Source of the DNA: Glycera tridactyla
Lineage: Eukaryota
Reading direction: 5' to 3'
Assembly (NCBI GenBank): GCA_965644265.1
Contig: OZ286471.1
Coordinates: 46,996,001 to 47,060,000, forward strand
DNA length: 64,000 nucleotides
Shown piece after piece: positions 56,401 through 62,241 of this stretch; within the stretch, counting starts at the first letter, position 1; each line of letters opens with the position of its first letter. The position numbers and the translations under genes were made by a program. The notes beneath the pieces are model-generated. The model did not search any database, was not told where the DNA came from, and saw only the letters and a program-made list of their open reading frames with translations.

Positions 56401-59400
56401 CCTTTATTTCAATAGTCGCATTTCCCTCGCCATCCTTCATTTCAGGCATATATTGAATGTGTATTTCAATGCACATGTCATAGTAATCGTGTCTCCATCG
56501 GCAGGTGGCATTATGGTGATCTTTTCTTTGTGCAATGTCTTGTGACATTTCCACTAGTTATATCATCGATTGGATGGAGTGAATTTTCTTGATTTCGTAT
56601 CAGCTCTGCCACCATTTGAGAATTGCTGATAAAATTCGTCTTGATTATTTCATTGATGTGTGCTTTTATATGATTCCCTTTCACGTGTCCTATTTTTTCG
56701 TATTTCGTGATCTGAATCCATCGTAATATCACTGAATTGCATAGAAATTGGTTTGTCTATCATGGCCGTGACTTGTATCTTTGGGAAGGATTTGCTAATG
56801 TTAGCATATCTGTCAATTAATTGCATCCATATATATTTTCTAATAACATAATAGAAATGCTAACAACATTCGTGGTCAATCGCAAATACATCAAGTGGAT
56901 TATTAACCCAATATATATAGTGTCACATAGAAATGTATGCACTTGACAGTGTTTGACTAAAAGTAACACCCATGTTGACTACCATCCTTTGTGCAATGCT
57001 TATGATTTAGGAAATCCAACAAACACATGATTCTATGTCACAGTAGGTATATATGATTCAACAGGCAAAACTTTGTATCATGGAAGTTATGAGAGGAAAT
57101 TTCATCTTATCATGAAAATAACTATGTTAATAATTATTCAATATAGCAAAGAAAGGATATCCGTCAGAGCTATATGTAACATCCCCACAAAGCTTTTAAC
57201 AAATCTGCTGGTATGCAATATCAATGAATTTCTCATTTTTCATTCTAAAATATGATCAGGTAATGAATGCTTCAACGTTTGTAGAGCAGCAACGTGTCTA
57301 TTGCTTCAGGAATGTTCATCTACTACATTTGAATTTATTCCATTTCCGCTGAACCAAGAGCAAATAAATTTGAATAGTTCAATATATAACAGCATGATGA
57401 GATAGCAATAACAAGTCAGGCTTCGTTCATTAGACAATCATCCCCTTTATCACATGGATATGCCATTTTCAGTGAAGTATCAGGTGTTGAGTATTGCGTG
57501 TGATACTTCACAGCTGAGTGAATTTTTTTTAATGTTTTCTCCTCTAATCCATGTGATAAAAGCAAGACTATATGACGGTGAGGTAGAAAACCTGATACCA
57601 AACTCAGTGTGAATTTCTCCAGATGTCACTCGGCCTCCGGCCTCATGACATCCGATGAAATTCACGCCTTGCTTGGTATTGCGTTTTTACTTCACAGTCA
57701 TATAGTCTTGCTATAGTAAAGTGTGAACTAGTGGAACTTGCTCATGTTGATTGTTGTCTTTATTTTGAAATATTATTACTGGAATTAATTTCAGGCTGCA
57801 CAGATTCCTTCAATAAAATCGCCAACACCTTGAGCTTAGGAGGTGTCCAACAGAAAGATGTGGGTAGTGTGGATGCCTGCAGGGTCCGATGTCTATCTAG
57901 AAGCGACTGTGCCGGCTTCGATTTTGACCGAGCTCAGACACGGTGCTATATTCACACATCTGCCACTTTATCTAACCCGGAAAGCAGCAAGTCCAAAGTG
58001 GATCAGTACCGCAGAATCTATTGTTCTCCCTTTTCTCGCAAGAGGCGGTCTGGTAATCATTTTCTTATAGTCATCGTGGGTCAGACATTGTTGGGTTATG
58101 TTCTCGCGTAGATTCTCCCATCATGCGGTGTTTCCTTATTATTGATACTGAATTGCGCGCTGCTCAATGAAAGTATTCATTACGCACTTACAATCATTGG
58201 CTCCGATGGCCTGCGCATAATTTGGGACGGGGATTCGACAAGGAATTTGCTTGCGATCATGGAAATGATAGTTTGGTGACTGAAAAATGCACCGGAATCA
58301 TGGTTCAATTAGAAATCATGGTTTTTTCGAGAATAGTCAAACGTGTCTATCCTGTACATTTTGGCTCTGGGTAGAATCAACGCATATCCTATTCGTATCC
58401 CTGGTGAATGGAGCTCACTATCAGCCCTTGTATTACTCTGGTACAGCTATCAATTTACTCTCTTAAAAGCAAAAATATTCAGAGTGATAATGAGTTGCTC
58501 TTTAATTGTCCACAAGCCGTAGGTGGAAGGCGACAATTAGATTTAAATCTCCATGAGGCTCAAGCAAGAAAGGTTAACAGAATATGTTGGTCCTGCTTTG
58601 AAACATCGATAAAGGCAAAAGGAATGAACATTTTTAATCTATGGGAGGTTAAGACTCATGAGACATTCTGGAACAATCCCGGCTATGCGTAGTTATGTAT
58701 ATTTTTCAATTAGGATTATCCAGTGCTAAATGAATGTTAGATATTGGGAAACGTAATCATGTCCCTAGTCGCGATCAAACGATATATCAAAATGTATCCT
58801 CTTCGGAATTCCAGGCCCCCTTTTCCTCACTCTTGATCACCATTTATTTCAGTCCAAGAGGAGCCACTCCCAGTGGACTGGAGCACACTAAACATGAACG
58901 GTGTCAAACATGATGATGTACTCAATATCGAGGACTGCGCCTTCCGCTGCCAGTCCACATCAACTTGTACCGGCTTCGATTTTATCGAAAAGCAAGGTGC
59001 ATGCTACATGTACACACCATCTACTATTGAAGAGAAGGAGAAAAAGAATAGTCTAGCCCGCTACCTCGGCTTGAATATCTGGGCATCAACTGCAGAGAAA
59101 TCCAAACTGCGTCCCTCTGGTAACTTGCATTTTACGAGGGTTTATCCATGGTATCTGGTGCAACATAAATCTCCTATGATACTAATGACTTCTCAGTCAA
59201 CGGCCACCTGTGAATATAACATCAGTCCTGGGTGTTCTCTCATTCAATTCTACATGCCCTCTTGGCTTTCGTGGCAGTCTGAGAGATTTCTCGAAAATTG
59301 GTGTGACACTGCAGACCGTTCTTTTACGGAAGCGGGTTTGGTTGGTTTCTAACAAGTCCGTGACTGCAGCTTGGGTACAGTTCTTCATGGGCTATCATCC

Positions 59401-60862
59401 AGAGCGACCATATCTACGAGGGTGATCTTTTATACCCCCCCCCCTTGTCAGCATGGCGCGAGATCAGGTTGTTGCACTTGGATTCCGATTACATCCAGAA
59501 TCCTCCCATGAAATTGCACCAAATTTCGTCTGTATTCACATTCTGCGCATGAGATACATTTTGAACCCTACTTCGTGATATAGCTGACAGAACAGCCTAT
59601 GATCATATAATCCAATATGATTCCAAATTTGTGATTCTGGTAATGGATAAGGTGCAGTTTCACAAAATACTTTATCACACGACCGAAGTTATTGCAAATT
59701 GCAAGTTTGTGGAATATCAAGCCACGTATGCCAAAATCTTGCCATATGCCGGGGACAGTATGTAACACACAATGAATTAGGTTAAAACACATTCCTTTTT
59801 GTGGCAGATGCTCTAAACCGAGTGCAGACGCACCAAATCAGGGTAGTCTACACCATCCCTGTAAACATTACTACCCATCGTTAAGCTATTCAATCTTGGA
59901 AAAGGATAAAGATTATGATATTGAGTTTGTAATTCCTAGATTGATTCACTCATGTTTGCTCTCAGCTTGCTGCTACTTATGGTCGAAGCAAAGTGTCTTT
60001 GCCTCTGGCTTTATTGCAATGTATCTGTTCTTGGTCGCTGTGAGTCTGTTCGTTATCATTGTTTTTTGGGTTTTTTGGTTCTTCATTGTCTGTCTTTCAC
60101 GTGGATAATCTTGAATTTAATGTGAGCTGGGATCGGCTTTGGGGAATTTCTTGTTTATTCGGAGATCGTTTATCGCTTACTGTCTGTTGGGTGGTCTCGG
60201 CACGTCCTCTCAGTTGGGTTTTGGTCAGTGATTCATCGATCATTCCCTGGATAACAATATTTGTCATGCGTAATCGGCATCCAATACTGATCAACCTCTT
60301 TGTAACAAATACCGATAATTGGAGATCGCTCATTGGTACTTTGTTAATATGGCATGTAATTGATATGAGAAATCTTATTCTGGGTGTCTTCTTTTCAGCA
60401 ATTTTCAGTTTGTTTTGCATTGTGTAACAGGTGCTTTCTCGGATATAATCACTAACGATTCTTGAAACTGAGTCTGTTGGACGTCGGGATGCAAAACTTT
60501 GGATATCAGACAAAAACATTGGTTTAGTTGTCTTGCAATCTATTTAATAGCATCATCAAAACTGTGGCGTTATCACTAAAAGTATCACGACTCATTTATT
60601 CCAGGCTGCACAGATTCTTTCAGTGTGAGTGCAAACACTTTGAGTTTGAACGGAATCAAACAGAATGGCGTTCAAACTGTGAAAGATTGCAAGTCAAGGT
60701 GTCTGACGACTGTGAGCTGCGCTGGTTATGACTTTGACAGAAAACAGCGGACCTGCTTCACCCACACACAGTCAAGCCTAGAGGACAGGCGCGAGAACAA
60801 ACCCAGTGTTGATCAGTATACTCGGGTCTACTGCACTTCAGCTGCCCCCACAACTCAGTCTG
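451..60862 (+). CDS. Partial giant multi-exon gene: at least 26 FN2 domains then at least 17 PAN/Apple-like domains, with mucin-like linkers (47 exons, ~4,080 aa in window; no start or stop seen)
   Basis: All exons are on the + strand with AG/GT borders and join in one open frame. FN2 consensus GxxCxFPFxYxGxxYxxC..WCxTTxxYDxDxxWGxC; Apple-type 6-Cys consensus with CxGFDFD..CYxH..VDQY..C. That both halves form a single transcript is inferred. Confidence 0.8.
1067..1330 (+). CDS. Exon FN2-2 (type B)
   Basis: tttgatag|AT..TTAG|gtgcgt, 264 nt; DVIC..Thr run..CFIPTTGGSAGNSRCYFPFVY..RWCYT..LWGNCLG. Confidence 0.95.
3079..3144 (+). CDS. Linker-only mini-exon (first half of split type C module)
   Basis: gtccacag|AT..CCAG|gtgaat, 66 nt, phase 1-1; DLVCPSTVTEMITTEMSATPIPG; paralogous to 6418-6474. 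Confidence 0.85.
3768..3938 (+). CDS. Exon FN2-3 (type C, FN2 only)
   Basis: cattccag|AT..ATAG|gtattt, 171 nt; DGCYIQTSGGSANGGRCTFPFYYDG..PWCSTT..LWGYCIG (translated by hand; not in ORF track). Confidence 0.93.
4257..4499 (+). CDS. Exon FN2-4 (type A)
   Basis: ctgttcag|CT..TTAG|gtaaaa, 243 nt; ARVC..GCSVRTTGGNAFGAYCYFPF..YWC..RWGNCLG. Confidence 0.95.
   Translation, partial: LGCVPHRQHKQFQQQQYHPSWSFPQDAVLEQLVVMLLGHIATFPSSTRERPMTRVSRQTTSSIGVLCQRSTQLDEDGEIV
4962..5234 (+). CDS. Exon FN2-5 (type B)
   Basis: tgtaacag|AT..TTAG|gtgcgt, 273 nt; DVIC..CFIATYGGTAGDAQCYFPF..RWCYT..LWGNCLG. Confidence 0.95.
6418..6474 (+). CDS. Linker-only mini-exon (first half of split type C module)
   Basis: gctcttcag|AT..CCAG|gtaaat, 57 nt; DLECPTSSTMSEMITTPIPG. 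Confidence 0.85.
6879..7049 (+). CDS. Exon FN2-6 (type C, FN2 only)
   Basis: attttcag|AC..ATAG|gtaata, 171 nt; DGCFIQTSGGTASGARCTFPFFYDG..PWCSTT..LWGYCIG. Confidence 0.93.
7216..7388. repeat. Intronic tandem duplication, 2 copies, ~94-bp period
   Basis: ttcaattt..gaggtg.aactccccaaatatattctgca..ctatgctgaaagt.cagtc..actttatt occurs at 7216 and 7310. Confidence 0.85.
7512..7754 (+). CDS. Exon FN2-7 (type A)
   Basis: tccttacag|CC..TACG|gtaatt, 243 nt; AQVC..GCKVRTVGGTALGDYCYFPF..YWC..RWGNCYG. Confidence 0.95.
8232..8501 (+). CDS. Exon FN2-8 (type B)
   Basis: ctgtctag|AC..CTAG|gttggt, 270 nt; DVVC..CYIPTIGGSAGSSQCYFPF..RWCYT..LWGDCLG. Confidence 0.93.
   Translation, partial: TWFATSRQLQLPPQPAAQQHLGQRRLPVPTHKETATFLLSAAQLAAPNVISPSATRVLHTMVVLRWTIMVCGGAIQVPTTKMIISGVTA
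9216..9461 (+). CDS. Exon FN2-9
   Basis: ttcttcag|AT..CTTG|gttagt, 246 nt; DEIC..CYVPTYGGTAGQSVCYFPFVY..KWCATTMDYDTDRLWANCLG (hand translated). Confidence 0.93.
10230..10538 (+). CDS. Exon FN2-10
   Basis: ttcaacag|AC..TTAG|gtgagt, 309 nt; DSTC..Thr run..CYIPTFGG..CIFPFVY..PWCYT..LWGVCLG. Confidence 0.95.
10726..10911. other. Assembly gap (N run)
   Basis: N bases. Confidence 1.
10975..11304 (+). CDS. Exon FN2-11
   Basis: caccacag|CT..GGAG|gtaatg, 330 nt; APVC..long Thr run..CRIPTYGGTSNGAFCVFPF..PWCATT..LWGFCGG. Confidence 0.95.
11310..11420. repeat. Compound (GTC)n/(TTC)n/(GTC)n microsatellite
   Basis: Direct reading; starts a few nt after the FN2-11 donor. Confidence 0.95.
11819..12052 (+). 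CDS. Exon FN2-12
   Basis: taatatag|AA..CGAG|gtactc, 234 nt; ESIC..CYTPTYGGTANNNNCIFPF..LWCATT..KWGYCRG. Confidence 0.92.
12358..12577. other. Assembly gap (N run)
   Basis: N bases. Confidence 1.
12693..12956 (+). CDS. Exon FN2-13
   Basis: tttgacag|AT..GGAG|gtaata, 264 nt; DEVC..CYIVTYGGTGEGAPCHFPF..RWCS..FWGNCGG. Confidence 0.95.
13851..14123 (+). CDS. Exon FN2-14
   Basis: tgggacag|TG..TTAG|gtaggg, 273 nt; VRIC..CYTPTEGGTDGGAPCVFPF..KWCATT..LWGNCLG. Confidence 0.93.
14710..14976 (+). CDS. Exon FN2-15
   Basis: tctttcag|CC..CAAG|gtaatt, 267 nt; AVIC..CFTPTLGGNGGNASCVFPF..PWCATT..LWGVCQG. Confidence 0.95.
16218..17003 (+). CDS. Exon FN2-16 with expanded 12-aa repeat mucin linker
   Basis: tttttcag|AT..AGAG|gtaaat, 786 nt; DVLC, ~11 x STSITPPVSLPx, Ser/Thr tract, then CYIPTVGGNGGNASCVFPF..KWC..LWGNCRG. 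Confidence 0.95.
16247..16642 (+). repeat. Coding tandem repeat, ~11 x 36 bp (12 aa STSITPPVSLPx)
   Basis: Repeated SITPP motif at 12-aa spacing inside exon FN2-16. Confidence 0.9.
17544..17861 (+). CDS. Exon FN2-17
   Basis: tttgtcag|GG..CAAG|gtaaag, 318 nt; GRIC..CYIPTSGGNSEGARCVFPF..RWCSTT..KWGYCQG. Confidence 0.95.
19006..19257 (+). CDS. Exon FN2-18
   Basis: attaccag|AT..CGAG|gtaatt, 252 nt; DEIC..CYIMTYGGNAEGGICTFPF..LWCATT..LWGNCRG. Confidence 0.95.
19908..20246 (+). CDS. Exon FN2-19
   Basis: cttgctag|AT..AAAG|gtgaat, 339 nt; DEVC..CHTPTYGGNSAGAPCVFPF..LWCATS..LWGNCKG. Confidence 0.95.
21018..21335 (+). CDS. Exon FN2-20
   Basis: ttccatag|AT..AGAG|gtaaat, 318 nt; DEIC..CHVPTYGGNAEGAPCTFPF..LWCATT..IWGNCRG. 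Confidence 0.95.
21823..22131 (+). CDS. Exon FN2-21
   Basis: tctcgtag|AT..AGAG|gtaaac, 309 nt; DEIC..CYIPTYGGNAGGAPCTFPF..LWCATT..VWGNCRG. Confidence 0.95.
22814..22907 (+). pseudogene. Truncated FN2 pseudo-exon (3' half only, acceptor lost)
   Basis: Encodes FYGACTRTNHNKLWCATTTSYDEDGIWGICRG|gtaaat. In-frame TAA at 22781 and no AG between it and the fragment; the 5' flank resembles the FN2-22 acceptor region but reads catat instead of catag. Confidence 0.85.
23423..23740 (+). CDS. Exon FN2-22
   Basis: ttcatag|AT..AGAG|gtaaac, 318 nt; DEIC..CYIPTYGGNAEGAPCTFPF..LWCATT..IWGNCRG (hand translated; ORF track shows another frame). Confidence 0.95.
24226..24540 (+). CDS. Exon FN2-23
   Basis: ttcatag|AT..CAAG|gtaaat, 315 nt; DEIC..CYIPTYGGNAEGAPCTIPF..LWCATS..IWGNCQG (hand translated). 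Confidence 0.95.
25179..25505 (+). CDS. Exon FN2-24
   Basis: tttcccag|AT..AAAG|gtaaat, 327 nt; DEVC..CHTPTYGGNSDGAPCIFPF..PWCSTT..LWGKCKG. Confidence 0.95.
26915..27217 (+). CDS. Exon FN2-25
   Basis: tcccgcag|CC..GCGG|gtaaat, 303 nt; AKVC..CYTPTVGGNSNGAPCVFPF..RWCATT..YWGNCAG. Confidence 0.95.
28021..28221 (+). CDS. Exon FN2-26 (last FN2, shortest linker)
   Basis: ttttttcag|CC..ACTG|gtaggt, 201 nt; AKVCSTSTPSPLC..CSFPFTFEG..LWCS..VWGICTG. Confidence 0.95.
30074..30109 (+). CDS. 36-nt micro-exon closing the FN2 array
   Basis: Branch-like cctaac, then pyrimidine tract ccctgttctttcag|AC..CCCG|gtctgt; phase 1-1; DPNCEATSPTVPG, same DxxC opening as FN2 exons; donor is weak. Confidence 0.6.
30383..30520. 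other. Assembly gap (N run) at FN2/PAN junction
   Basis: N bases, preceded by (TGAG)n simple repeat. Confidence 1.
30593..30819. other. Assembly gap (N run) at FN2/PAN junction
   Basis: N bases. Confidence 1.
30965..31234 (+). CDS. Exon PAN/Apple-1
   Basis: gcttgtag|GC..GGTG|gtaacg, 270 nt; GCVDDF..QCKRAC..TCVGFDFDRELDACFLH..VDQYIRISC + Thr tail (alternative donor 3 nt earlier possible). Confidence 0.92.
32236..32704. other. Assembly gap (N run)
   Basis: N bases, preceded by CT-rich sequence. Confidence 1.
32729..32992 (+). CDS. Exon PAN/Apple-2
   Basis: ttttccag|AA..CTCG|gtaatt, 264 nt; ECVDSF..QCQALC..ECAGFDFD..CYFH..VDQYHRNPC. Confidence 0.93.
33953..34225 (+). CDS. Exon PAN/Apple-3
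   Basis: gttttcag|GC..CCCG|gtaacg, 273 nt; GCEDSF..ECKRAC..DCVGFDFD..CYIH..VDQYLRNTC. Confidence 0.93.
35940..36212 (+). CDS. Exon PAN/Apple-4
   Basis: tcgtccag|AC..GCTG|gtaatt, 273 nt; DCLDSF..ECKNVC..VCTGFDFD..CYIH..VDQYHRIPC. Confidence 0.93.
37007..37288 (+). CDS. Exon PAN/Apple-5
   Basis: atttgcag|GT..GATG|gtagga, 282 nt; GCSDG..ECKQSC..GCVGFDYD..CYSH..IDQYQLKPC. Confidence 0.93.
39241..39560. repeat. Intronic minisatellite, 4 copies of ~80-81 bp
   Basis: ccaaaatt..ggaacttga.ctataca..ggggtctgattt.gtgat.attcaaggcg.ct.ctga..cactgat starts at 39241, 39321, 39402, 39483. Confidence 0.95.
40120..40354 (+). CDS. Exon PAN/Apple-6a (phase 1 to phase 2; lacks final Cys)
   Basis: acttgtag|GC..AACAG|gtgtgt, 235 nt; GCDPNTF..ACKTRC..DCAAFDFN..FCYIH..VVQYRRN (hand translated; not in + ORF track). 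Confidence 0.88.
41036..41115 (+). CDS. Exon PAN/Apple-6b (phase 2 to phase 1; final Cys + Thr linker)
   Basis: atacatag|T TGT GGG..GGTG|gtaagt, 80 nt; CGTTQAQTTPTTTTTRRPVTTSTPSG; 235+80=315 nt restores frame. Confidence 0.85.
42060..42317 (+). CDS. Exon PAN/Apple-7
   Basis: cattacag|GG..GGCG|gtaaat, 258 nt; GCVDTF..SCKAVC..ECVGFDFD..CYIH..VDQFIREPC. Confidence 0.93.
44650..44910 (+). CDS. Exon PAN/Apple-8
   Basis: cgtttcag|GA..AAGG|gtaaaa, 261 nt; GCTDVF..QCQSAC..TCVGMDFD..CYIH..VNQFRRIQGPC. Confidence 0.93.
46039..46302 (+). CDS. Exon PAN/Apple-9
   Basis: acttctag|GC..CCGG|gtacga, 264 nt; GCVDNF..ECKAIC..SCTAVDFD..CFVH..VSHYRRIPC. Confidence 0.93.
46948..47211 (+). CDS. Exon PAN/Apple-10
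   Basis: aattttag|GT..CCTG|gtaacc, 264 nt; GCVDSF..TCKKAC..ECVGFDFD..CYLH..VHQWVRKFGC. Confidence 0.93.
49589..49834 (+). CDS. Exon PAN/Apple-11
   Basis: tatttcag|GT..ACTG|gtaaag, 246 nt; GCDKF..LCKQVC..TCVAVDFD..CFRH..VDQYVKSC. Confidence 0.92.
51204..51342. repeat. (GTA)n followed by (ATC/ATT)n low-complexity tract
   Basis: Direct reading. Confidence 0.9.
51510..51767 (+). CDS. Exon PAN/Apple-12
   Basis: catttcag|GG..TTTG|gtaaca, 258 nt; GCLDSF..ACTSRC..GCAGFDFD..CYTH..VDQFLRVPC (hand translated). Confidence 0.93.
52628..52867 (+). CDS. Exon PAN/Apple-13
   Basis: ttttgcag|GT..ACCG|gtaaaa, 240 nt; GCRF..GCEDAC..NCVGFDFD..CFTH..VDQYMKVGC. Confidence 0.93.
54202..54444 (+). CDS. Exon PAN/Apple-14 (8 Cys)
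   Basis: tatttcag|AT..AGTG|gtaata, 243 nt; DCTDSF..QVCTTIDTCRTTC..RCAGFDYD..WCFIH..GNC..VDQYVKTNC. Confidence 0.93.
54730..55000. repeat. CT-rich low-complexity tract
   Basis: (TCTG)n grading into polypyrimidine; direct reading. Confidence 0.8.
57561..57712. mobile_element. 152-bp foldback (MITE-like) element
   Basis: Perfect 16-bp terminal inverted repeat agcaagactatatgac/gtcatatagtcttgct; arms stay imperfectly complementary for ~70 bp; no clear TSD. Confidence 0.6.
57795..58052 (+). CDS. Exon PAN/Apple-15 ending in RKRR|S
   Basis: aatttcag|GC..TCTG|gtaatc, 258 nt; GCTDSF..ACRVRC..DCAGFDFD..CYIH..VDQYRRIYCSPFSRKRRSG. Confidence 0.93.
58853..59119 (+). CDS. Exon PAN/Apple-16 (divergent, 4 Cys)
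   Basis: tatttcag|TC..TCTG|gtaact, 267 nt, open frame; DCAFRC..TCTGFDF..ACYMY; first and last Cys absent. Confidence 0.85.
60605..60862 (+). CDS. Exon PAN/Apple-17
   Basis: tattccag|GC..TCTG|gtaacg, 258 nt; GCTDSF..DCKSRC..SCAGYDFD..CFTH..VDQYTRVYC. Confidence 0.93.
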
Positions 60863-61899
60863 GTAACGCCCTTCTCATAAGGGGTTCTCGTTACTGCATG
60901 TTATCCCAGCTTCCCAAGGTTTTGCTGCAGTCAGTTCGTCCTTAATGGTGACGCTTGATTTTCACGATTGGCCATTTTGCATCCGCCCTCCTCACTAACA
61001 TTTTGAGAACGGTACAGGCTGTTCCTTTGGCTAACTGAGAAAACATCAGCCAAATCTACTACCAAATACAGAAAACTCTGTATTCTTTCTCTTAAGTACA
61101 CCAAAAAAGAATGAGGACCCTTTTCCCGTGCCAAAACTTCACAAAAAATTAGCTAGCGTTATCTGCAACTGAACAGCTTGTCGATCTCATTCTGCCTCGC
61201 CCATTTCTGGCAAATAGTGAAATGAGCCTCACAATCAAGATGTACTGACTGTTAGCAATCGGAATCTTAGAATGTATCTAGTCTTACCAATTACCAGGAA
61301 AACTTTGAGAGATTTACTTTGATGTTTTGTAATTTGGGGCGTTTGTGGGCCTTAAAAACAAATAAACTTGAATTGAATCCATACTGGCAAAGCAGGCCTC
61401 TGTTTCTATTCCGTACAAAATCAGGAAATTGAGTATTGAAGTTTGTCAAGATTCATGAAGCATCGAAAATGAGACGAAAGAGCTCAACCGCTCTATATTA
61501 GGGTACAATCGTTTTTGGATTTTTTTGTGGAATGAGATGGATAAATCCAATTCGATTACGTGAGAAGATCCATATTAACATAGAAAGGAAACCCATACTA
61601 TAGAATCTAATCTGATTGATTGATAATGCAAAATAGTGGATGGGTATAATGCTTATACCGAACAACATAGTTTTCCTCTAAAATTGGGAGTCATACATTC
61701 GGTACGTTAGCAATTTTTAAACTGTCCTTTGAATCATATGTAGGAGGCGTGATGCCCCGTGAAATTCAACCTTGCATATCATTTTCACAGTTTGTTTGAA
61801 AATGATTCATGGAGTGGAATTTCTCGACCTGCTTCGTAGACATGTTTCAAGGATGGGGTGAATGATAGCAGCGGGTATTGCCATGAGAGTGCTCGCGCG

Positions 61900-61901
<2 letters not shown>

Positions 61902-61946
<45 letters not shown>

Positions 61947-61964
61947 GCGTGTGTGTGCGTGTGT
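61902..61964. repeat. (GT)n microsatellite
   Basis: Direct reading. Confidence 0.95.
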
Positions 61965-62134
61965 GAGATCAGCATAAATAATGTAATGGTTGAGGCGCGG
62001 GAAAACGTTTACTGCAATATACGAGTGTGCTGTTGTCATCATGCATGGTGGATGAAACAGCGATCACTGAGTATTCTGTATGGCAGTAAAGTTCAGTGGG
62101 AAGTATCTAGCAGAGTAGTGGCTCCTGTGAAGAT

Positions 62135-62135
<1 letters not shown>

Positions 62136-62212
<77 letters not shown>

Positions 62213-62241
62213 GGTGCGTACGTGTGCGTGTGTATGTGTGT
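62136..62241. repeat. (GT)n microsatellite
   Basis: Direct reading. Confidence 0.95.
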
